Assembly (NCBI GenBank): GCA_951406725.2
Contig: OX597819.1
Location: forward strand, 57,102,001-57,166,000
Direction: 5' to 3'
Length of the DNA stretch: 64,000 bases
Source of the DNA: Octopus vulgaris
Lineage: Eukaryota
The notes under the pieces were generated by a model. That model ran no database searches and was not told the origin of the DNA. It was given only the letters and a program-made list of their open reading frames with translations. A program made the translations under genes and the position numbers. Shown piece after piece: positions 54,308 through 64,000 of this stretch; within the stretch, counting starts at the first letter, position 1, and each line of letters opens with the position of its first letter.

Positions 54308-55953
54308 TTATAAAAGAGAGATTTGTTCTGCTTAAGCAAGGGTAAAGTTTCAAATAACCTGAGCATTTTCAAAAGTGTATTACTCGCAATAAATTCTAGG
54401 TTCTTCAACAAGAAATTTAAAAAGAAATATTAAATAGGGTGGTGATTTAAGATATGATCAACCAGACAAACTGTGCAGGCAGGTTCATCACCTGACCTAT
54501 AGAAATGTTTGTAAGTGTTATACGAGACAAGGCTAAGAAACAGCCAAGTAAAGGGAGCTAATGATGGAAGTTATTTACGAACGCACGCACAGACACACAC
54601 AGAAGCACCCATGCAAGAACATATTCACAGGCACACACACATAGACACACATATGTACATATGTATATAAATATGTGACTACAGGGACAAGCAATATAGA
54701 CAGATCAATATATAAAGTATATCAAATACATGAAATACAAAAGTGTACATAAGTATGCATATAAAAAAGGTCAGAGTTACACAGAAGACAAATGATAATG
54801 AGAATTAAAGTGGATTCATTGAGAATAAAAGGGGAATTAAACAGTATTGCAATTTCAACAGCTGTTTCTAGAGGTTCGGTGGTCCATAATGCTGTTTTAA
54901 GATAGATTCCATCATAGGATGAGAGGAGCCTCAGTTTTCAGGGAAGATATTTTACGTTTGAGGTGTTAAAGGAAAGAAGTTCAAAGATGGAATGGTTGAA
55001 TGTGGAGAGCTAAGTGTATCTAAGGGGGAAACGGGGATGTATTCGGTTGGAGAATAGTGAGAGGAGAAGGTATAGTTCAAGAGTGAGAGGTAGATAAAGA
55101 GGCTATTAGGGAGTAGTAGAAAAGATGGTAAATGGGAAATATAACAAATGCAGCAGCTGTTTCTGGTAATATTTCTAGAACATGGTAATATTTGTAGATT
55201 AATTCGGTCATAGGATGAGACGAACCTTCAACATATATTCATCTGTCTATATTGCTTATTGTTACATTTATTTCTATACTCGCTCAAGTTTAAATCTCTT
55301 GAGCACTACTAAGTGTATTCTATATGAAGAATATTTGAATCACATCTATGAAATGTGTACATATATATATTTATGCATGCTTACACACATGCTCACACAC
55401 GCACACACATACACACATACGTGTATATGTATATATATGAAATATTCAGATGTATTAGTTTGCACGTTACTTTATGACAGATATTTACTTTAAAACAGCT
55501 GGACATATTCCAAAATAAAAAAGAAAGAAACACGCAACCACAGAGAGAAAACAAGGCAAAACATAAACACTTACACTCAGAATTTCTATTTGCAATAAAT
55601 TCTAAGAATATTTTGAAGTTTAGTAATTTTCCTCCAGATTCTTGTAATTACATATAATTGTAATTAAATAAACATCTACCAAATCCTAATTGTTTTGAGC
55701 GATTCATTTTCGTACTTAACGGTGTTTGAGAAAAAGCTAATTGCATTAAATAAATAACTCGTAAGCATGTATGCGAGTTATTACAAATTGCACAGTATTC
55801 GTATGTTTATAGACTTATAGCCATTTATATATGGTGCTTCTGCTTTTAATAATTTAAATTCTGCCACTGAAGAAGGAGCTGGTTACTTATGTATGTATAT
55901 ATGTATGTACGTATGCGTGTCTGCTTGTGTGTGTATATATGTATGCGTGCATG

Positions 55954-56006
<53 letters not shown>

Positions 56007-56870
56007 ATGTAAGTATGTGTGTTTGTGTATATATATGTATATGTATATATATGTTCATGGTTAAGATTATTTGCCAGCATAACGTGGCTGTCCTGGTTAG
56101 AACGAATGCTACTGTTATTTAAACTCAGGAATCACCGTCTCCAGCTGGCTATACGACACACTATCTGGGTCCTTATATTTTCCAACAAGGAAGTTTAGCA
56201 TCTCCACTCAGGACAAACCAATATCTGGTACCACGATTTCTGAGTTATTTCCTTTCATCAGCACAGAATAATTGTTCGGCTATTGGTGGCGCTGCTAAAT
56301 TCTCGTTCGAAATATAGTTTTCAAAGTGGCACGCAGTCACTGATGTAATGAAATAGAAAATTATTATTTGTAATTAATGGAATTCATGCTTGACAAACGA
56401 GAAAAAAATTGGTTTGAAATCTGCGGTACAATTTCGACTTCGAAAGTACAGAAACACAAAGTTGTCCTTATAAGTATTTGAACTCCCGTCGTCGAGATAT
56501 GAAACAGTCATTCTGTGTCATGCTATAATGCCTCCCCACCAAGTTCTCCGCATTCAATACGTGTACTAGAATATAGCTATTCGCGGATTCTTTTTTCCGA
56601 GGCGACTCACAGTCTTCCGCTATGTGCGTTAATCTAGACGACGGAAAGACGTTTCGTTTGTCGCATCGCATGAAAGGCTGCGCTTAAGAGGAGCTTTTGT
56701 GACGATAAAATGAATCATCAGAATCAAAGGAATTCATACACACGCATGCGCACATACACATATACATGCATACATAAGCACACAACGTCACACACACAGA
56801 AGCACACACGTACACGCACAAATACATACAGAAATACGTATACACCAACTTGTAGAGGAAGAGATAGCTA

Positions 56871-56906
<36 letters not shown>

Positions 56907-57770
56907 GACTAAAAATAGGAAAACGGTTAGGTAGATAAATTGATAGTTTGTTAGATAAAGGCATATACGAATATGGTTTTGTTTGTGAGCATGTTTGTCT
57001 ATGTGTGTAGAAAATGGGCGGGAAATACATGGAGAAATTAGAGAATAAAGGAGAAACAAATATAATAATAGAGCTCGAAGAGGGAAACACTCTAATTACG
57101 TGATGATTTCAATAGCTAAGTTGTTACATTTGAAGTATTATGTTTTCATACGACCTGGACTCTTCAGGCAAAACCATGTTGATATGCATGCTACGAATTT
57201 TGAAGATCAAAGAGATTTTCATGTCAAATATACGGACATTAATGGATCTATTTTAACTTCATACATATTATTGGTAATATTCTTTTTATAGTTTGCTGGT
57301 TACATGTGTTCTTAGAATTCTCTTTGATAGATATGTACGAAGACGTGACAACATTTAGCCGTGCGTAAAATGTATTTTGTTGTCGTCTTCTTTTTATAGT
57401 CTTCACTAAATCTTTGTTAGACACGTCACCACTATGTGTATATATTACATAACACTTTGATCCTAATCTGAATTCTGCTAATCTTCAAAATTTTACCAGT
57501 TCTATTGATATATTCTTCCATGTAAGAATTTTTCTCCCATTTTAGAAAAAAAAATTTTTGCTGTTATCATATCGAAGACCAATATTTCCTATCTAAAAAT
57601 TAAAAGCTGTGTTCGTGACTCTGGAATTCACATCGTATTTGATACGTTCCTATAATGTTGGCTATTGATAGAATTGGAAACACATATAGCTACACATTTG
57701 TTTCCATAAATATCTATACACATATGTGTGTGTGTATGCGTGTATGTATATAAATGTATATAAATATAAA

Positions 57771-57812
<42 letters not shown>

Positions 57813-57996
57813 TATATATGTGTGTGTAGGAGGAGAATTCACAAAAAAAAAGACGGGGACAGGTGGTATAGACAGCAAACTGATGTATTAGTATAACGCT
57901 CGGGAAGTGAAAACGTCATTATCGTTTCGAGCCTACGCTCTTCCACAGAAAGAAACAAGGAGAGAAAATAAAGAATGTGTAGTGGCTAGCGATCGA

Positions 57997-58001
57997 CACA
58001 A

Positions 58002-58099
<98 letters not shown>

Positions 58100-58102
58100 A
58101 CA
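57997..58102. repeat. (CA)n microsatellite
   Basis: Directly visible. Confidence 0.96.
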
Positions 58103-58971
58103 TCTATTCACAAAATGTGGCAATTTCTTTTACAATTTCATGTAACTGAAACATACCGATCATATCACATGATATAAATGGAGCCGGTTCTTGGGCTTCT
58201 CGATCAGTTAAAAATACTAATAACATGTCCCACAATCCACATGCAGTCATCTTGAAAATGGAAGAACATAATTTTCAACATAATCTGAGAAATATTGCGG
58301 GAAATAAGGACTGGAATGCTTATGTGTCATTAACTTGGTTACTGAGGCAAAACAATAGCCACATGACCCACGCACTTTTAACACGTGATCACCGCACCTG
58401 ACATACTGACAAGTTTTCTCTTTAAGAGTTCTTGAGAAATGATTTATATTCAAAGGAGCTGAAGCAGGCTTACACTAATTAATCTGCATTCACACCAAAT
58501 TGAATTGGGCTTACGACTGTTAAGGAGAATTTATGGCACTTCAAATAAACTCAGCAATTCAAAAGGTTTATGTATTTGTGACGATATCCAAGTCAGTGCT
58601 GAACTCAGATATTAACGATGCTTTACATCACCTTCTGCGTCTATTCGCATCTAGTGCAGTGAGAGGGTAGATTGAGTCGCGGACGGTGACATATTTAACA
58701 TAATGTAAATATTTATAGCAGCTAGAACGTTTATGATAATCTAGTTGTTGTTGCTATTGTCGTTGCCGTTAGTGTTAACGTTGTTTAGTCACAGCACAAG
58801 TGTTTGCAACATGATTTCTGTCAGAAATTTCTGTGCCTGGAAACTGTGGCTACAATGTTCTTAGTCTTTCGGAATTGTTGCTACACTCTCAACTGCAGTC
58901 CAAGATTCTTAGCACCATTTTGTTTGGATGTTCTAAGAATGGAACAATTTCCTTATACACAACCTCATTTA

Positions 58972-59059
<88 letters not shown>

Positions 59060-59140
59060 TTGTTACTACTACTGATGTTATTGCTACTACTACTACTATT
59101 ACTATTACTATTACTACTACTAATAATAATAATAACAATA
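58972..59140. repeat. (ACT)n(GCT)n(AAT)n trinucleotide tract
   Basis: Directly visible. Confidence 0.95.
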
Positions 59141-59147
59141 AACTTAA

Positions 59148-59806
59148 CTTGTATAGTAAGTGAATGTCGCATGTTGGCACAGAAAGAATACAATAAAAGA
59201 CATGACAATCTAGGGAGAGCAATCCGCTGGGAGCTTTGTGGAGATGTAGGATTTGAACATACTGATAAATGGTACGAGCATGATCTGAACCTACTAAAGT
59301 ACTAGAAAGTAAGCAGAACAAGATGTTGTAGGACTTTAACAGTCAGATTGACAGAGTAATAGAAGCTAGAAGGCCTGATTTGGTACTAGCAAATAAAGAG
59401 AATAAAAAGTGCCAGATCACTGACTTTACAGTCTCAGAGGATGAACAAGTAAATATGAGAAGTATAGAAAAATAACAAAAATACGAGGACCTAGCTATTG
59501 AGCTACAGAGACTATGGGAAGTGCGGGTAGAATGTATCCCAGTAGTTGTAGGTGTATTGAGAACAATACCAAAAGATCTGAACAGATGGATAGAGGAAAT
59601 AGGCCTAATACCCAGTTTAGTATAGCTGCAAAAAACAGTGTTATTGGGGACAGCTATGATGCTTAGAAGGGTTCTTGGCATCTAAGGTTAGTTGCTATGA
59701 CCCAATAGGAGGGTTCTTGTACCCCGATGACCCAATAGGAGGCTACTTGTACCCCGATGTTAGGATTCTCTTCTTTTACAACAGTCTCATGTGCTGAGTG
59801 TATATG
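59148..59806 (+). mobile_element. 5'-truncated R4/Dong-like retrotransposon (RLE endonuclease domain and 3'UTR) between (TAA)n tracts
   Basis: IVSECRMLAQKEYNKRHDNLGRAIRWELC...WYEH; ARRPDLVL....CQITDF...EK*QKYEDLAIELQRLW....IPVVVGVL...LQKTVLLGTAMMLRRVL; 30-bp tandem duplication at ~59698-59757. Confidence 0.92.
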
Positions 59807-59827
59807 AATAATAATAATGATAAAAAT

Positions 59828-62125
59828 CGTTTACTTATTGGCCACAAGGGCCGAACACAAAACAAAATGGGACGATACAATAGAAGGGACAAGTGGGGTG
59901 TTGAACAATGGTGTGTATATAATAAGTAACAAAAAACACTTAAACAATAATAATAATTTCCCCAAATGGGACGTTCCTCACAGGGATAACCGAAGAAGCC
60001 CACACTTTATGGTTATTTCGACACCCAGATGCACCTCAGCAGGTGCCCATCCCCTTCTCAAATCCTCTGGTTTACAAATGAAAGTTCACAGTAGTTCAAT
60101 TCAGACGAACCATCTTCGCCCTATGCATTCACATTTCAACGAATTTACTAGTGTCAGGACTTCCTCTCCACTCTCACTTTCCTTTTCAAATGGAAATTGA
60201 AAACCTCGATGACGGCTTGCCCTAAAAGGCAAGTATCTCTCTTCAGTCCATTCAGTCTCGTCCACTTCACTACATCCTTCGCCATAGCCACCAGACAGAG
60301 GAAAACTGCCTTTCCTTCCCGGCTAAACGAAGGCGGCGGAGCGATGTTCACGCTGGACTCGGTTCCTAACTGGATGTGTCCCGCACTTGACAATAGCTGT
60401 TCGACAAACTTCCACAAGTCAGTAATGCGCAAAGACTGAGCGAGTGCATGCAGGAAAGTTTCATCGCCCTGTGCACACCTCGGGCGGGACCTTCTGACAA
60501 AAATTTCGTGTCCTGTACAGCTTATCTCGAACCGGCAGTGCCAACGACCCCCACTCCACCCCTGGTAGCACTGCCAGGTCAGGGATTTCTGGAAGTTATC
60601 CATATGCCCCGACCCGAAAGTCCTCCGGAAAAGACCAGTTAATTGATTTCTCCGACGCCCAGAGTTTTACCGGGGGCATCTTTCCTTCCACTAATCCCCT
60701 ATAAAACTATATAGTTGAACTTCCATCGACTGTGTTGCCAGACTGGCAGGAAGCTGTGAGCGCTTGGAGACACTCCAGATGCCAAGCGCCCTTTCTTGGT
60801 TTAAGTTTGATTCAGAAGTGTAGCTCCGTCATTGAGGCGAGTTGCGGAAAATCCTGTGCAACAAACGGCGATCACTGGAGATGTTGCCGTCTCTGCGGGC
60901 CTGTGTATCATTAGCCACGGCATATGCAACCCTCCAAGCAGTGATTGTTGACAACTGAAGGACTGCATGACGAACAGAATCAATAGGTCCCTTCCATAGA
61001 TAAACGGAAGTGCAAGCCTTAGATCTTGATCTGTCACGGAGCGAGCAGAGCAAGGGAAAACGGTCAGGTGATAGTAGATGACGGAAGTGATATACACATT
61101 CGCCACCTCCGCCCCACCTTCAGGGACAGATTTCTCTCTGCTCATTTCTTAGTGAGATTGACTACACTGCTCGTTACCTCCTCCCAGTTCTTGTCCACCT
61201 GGAGGTTCGGACCAAACCAGAGCCCAGGCAATTTAACCGGTCCTTCCGTCCAACGCCCTACAACGCTGTCGGTTAGCATAGTCCTGCTTCTCCAGGAGCT
61301 GAGCTGCAAGCCACCGACTAATTTTTGTTCATGTCATCTCTTCATAATCCCTTAAGATAGTGCCGATCACCACGATTTCCGAGCTGTCCGACGCTATTAC
61401 AGTGACGTCCGCATGTGCTGACATGAACCTTCCGCATCCTAGATGACGGTGGATGCCCTTCGAAATATCCAACTTCTTTAGTAATGGCTCAAGAGCCAGC
61501 ACGTACAGAATGGGTGAGAGGGTGTATCCCTGACGGATGAAACGAGCGATACTAAACGATTCCGATAGGTGGCCGTTTAATTTATTTGACTGCCGAACAG
61601 ATATCGCTGTACGTTGCAGCAATCCAGCCTCTGAAAACGGGTCTGAAACCGGCCGCCTCGAGGAGAACCTCCAAGTGTTGATGCTCGACTCTGTCGAAAG
61701 CTTTCGATTGATCCAAGATGATCAGGGCCCCACTTACGCCAGATTCCTTCCCTACTCTCACTATGGTGTAACAAGTGAGGTGGAAGTTCGTGGATAGATC
61801 TTTTCGGGATAGAGCATGTCTGCGTGTTACCGATCAGCTTATCGACAAGCGCAACTTCTTGGCTGACACCTTGACCAAAGTGTTATAATCTTCATTCAGC
61901 AGAGTTATGGGCCGCAAATTATCTAATTAGTCCCCCTTGTTCGAGTACTTTCACAGCAGCACCATCATGCTACGTCTCACAGCACTGGGTATTCTTCTGT
62001 TCTGCTACCAGCTGCGGTAGACGTCCGCCAAGAAATATTTTAACAAGTTTGGCATATGAAGATAAAGCTCGAGGGCAGACCATCCGGCCTCGGAGACTTA
62101 TTTGACCTCACTGGAACGTAGTTTG
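59828..62125 (-). mobile_element. 5'-truncated L1/Tx1-clade LINE (ORF2 RT to C-terminal zinc finger, plus 3'UTR)
   Basis: KSPRPDGLP, LRPITLLNEDY, LDQSKAFDRVEH, IRQGYTLSPILYVLALEPLL, SAHADVTV, PRCAQGDETFLHAL; multiple stops and frameshifts. Confidence 0.93.
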
Positions 62126-62879
62126 ATGTTTGTGTGATTGCTTTTTGCTGTTTGGAGTGTTTTCTTTTGGTCAGTTTCTGGTCAGTTGTAGTGTTGGTGG
62201 TGCAGTTTGTGATAGCGGTGCTGGAGGGGTTGGTGATGCTGTAGGTGTGTCTGTGGCAGTTGTGGTTGTATCTTGTGTGCTGCTTGATGCGTGTATTGAT
62301 GTAGGACAATGTATATTTGTGATTCGTTTTCATTTGGGGGGGGCTTCATTTTCGCTTCTGGTGTTTCTGTTACTGGTGTTGTTGGTATTGTTCATGTGGC
62401 TGATGTTGCTGAGGTTACTGGTGATGTTGCTGTGGGGCTGGTGTTGCTGCTGTGACTCATGTCTTCTTATTCCTCTTATTCTTCTTATTCTTCTTCTCCT
62501 TCTTTTTCTTTTCTTCTTCTACTTTTCTTCTTCTTCTTCTTCCAATTAGGACTCACGCCATTAGCCACAAAGAATAATCTCTAATTCGAGCCTACACTAA
62601 GCTGCTAAGAATGCGTGTGGCAACTTGAAGATCCATCCACCACACGCGATAGACTGGCGGTGGCACGGTCCCAAAAGCTAATTCTTATCCTCATTCAGTA
62701 AACGGTGGCTTTTAACGGGTGGAGAGCTAAACCATCCTGGGGTACAGATGATTCGCAATCTAGACTAGGGTCTGAAAGTTTACCACACCATAGTGGGTTA
62801 CAACAAGCTTCATCTGTGGAAGAAGTAGGGCGGAAGAGTGAGAGAAGTTGTGGGGAAAGAATACAGCGGGGTTCAGCTT

Positions 62880-63045
62880 GACAATAGATGCTGGGGTGTC
62901 ACCGCGACTTAGTGGTTCGGCAAAAAACCCAATAGAATAAGTATTACGCTTTCAAAGAATAAGTCCTAGGGTCGACTTCTTCGACTAAAGGTGGTACTCC
63001 AACATGCCCGCTTTCAAATGACTGAAACAATTAAAAGAGTAAAAG

Positions 63046-63048
<3 letters not shown>
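62880..63048 (+). mobile_element. Family-2 SINE 3' fragment
   Basis: GGTTCGGCAAAA...AATAGAATAAGTA...AAAGAATAAGTCCTAGGGTCGAC...ATGACTGAAACAATTAAAAGAGTAAAAG. Confidence 0.8.
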
Positions 63049-63110
<62 letters not shown>

Positions 63111-63419
63111 AAGTATAAGGTGTATTACGAGGTTTTACAGAACACATTACTCTACAAAATCAACAAAAGATTAAAGATGTAGTAGTGATGTAAAATGTGT
63201 GATAACATTTTAAGACGTTTTAACATTTTCACTTCTCCATCTTTTATTCTTTGTTGAGTTGATATATGTCTGCATTCTATATATGCTCATAATAATCCTT
63301 ATCCTTGTTTGATTTTCATATCTTTAATAAAAAATACTTGCAATAGCAAGCTACAAATTTAATAAGAATTTTTATTAGTAATCTAACTTTGGACTCACTA
63401 AAGTAAAACTGTTCTAACT

Positions 63420-63466
63420 GATATACATACATACATACATACATACATACATACATACACACACAT

Positions 63467-63497
<31 letters not shown>

Positions 63498-63730
63498 CAT
63501 ATATATAATGTATGTATGTATATATATAAATAAACAGATATATACATATACATATATATATATACACACATATACATATATACACACTCATATATGCATA
63601 TGTATATGCATATATATACATATATATACACACATATATGCATATGTATATACATATATATATACATATATGTATACGCATATATTGAAATATGTATGCA
63701 TATATATATGCATACATATGTATATTCATG

Positions 63731-63775
<45 letters not shown>

Positions 63776-63897
63776 ATATATACATGTATACATATATATA
63801 TATATATACATATATATTCATGTATATATACATATATATATATACATACATACATACATATATATATATGTGCATGTGAATATATATATATATATAC
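63420..63897. repeat. Compound (TACA)/(CA)/(TA) microsatellite field
   Basis: Directly visible. Confidence 0.95.
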
Positions 63898-64000
63898 AAC
63901 CAATCTTCGTTCACAGGCATGTATTCTAATCAAGGCAATAATTCTTAATTACTACTGCTGCAAACATCTACCACTCTTTTATTCCCCAAACTTTTGTTAC

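Noticed and set aside
58250-58520. Enhancer-like cluster (CACGTG, TGATTTAT, TAATTAAT)
   Set aside because: Short motifs expected by chance in AT-rich DNA; no conservation data

Overview
AT-rich eukaryotic (animal) non-coding DNA, dense in microsatellites and decayed transposable elements. The SINE families resemble, from memory, those of Octopus/coleoid cephalopods; this is not verified by search. No intact host gene is supported, and almost all ORFs in the track are microsatellite translations or TE fragments. Recognisable elements: tRNA-derived SINEs, L1/Tx1-clade LINE pieces, R4/Dong-like RLE retrotransposons abutting (TAA)n, CR1, RTE, Penelope-like pieces, a Gypsy remnant with one LTR, mariner remnants and a MITE, a Chapaev-like DNA transposon, and a ~275-bp palindromic tandem repeat. 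Most notable is a 4.6-kb head-to-tail array (4465-9101) of three different Tx1-like derivatives (ORF1-only; 3'-end only; ORF1 plus truncated endonuclease). They sit at one position inside the tRNA-like head of a SINE and are separated by copies of a 15-bp target motif. All three end in a 4-bp-stem/5-nt-loop hairpin with compensatory changes, which is also found in an independent Tx1 ORF2 copy and in SINE tails. Coordinates of decayed elements are approximate, read by eye.
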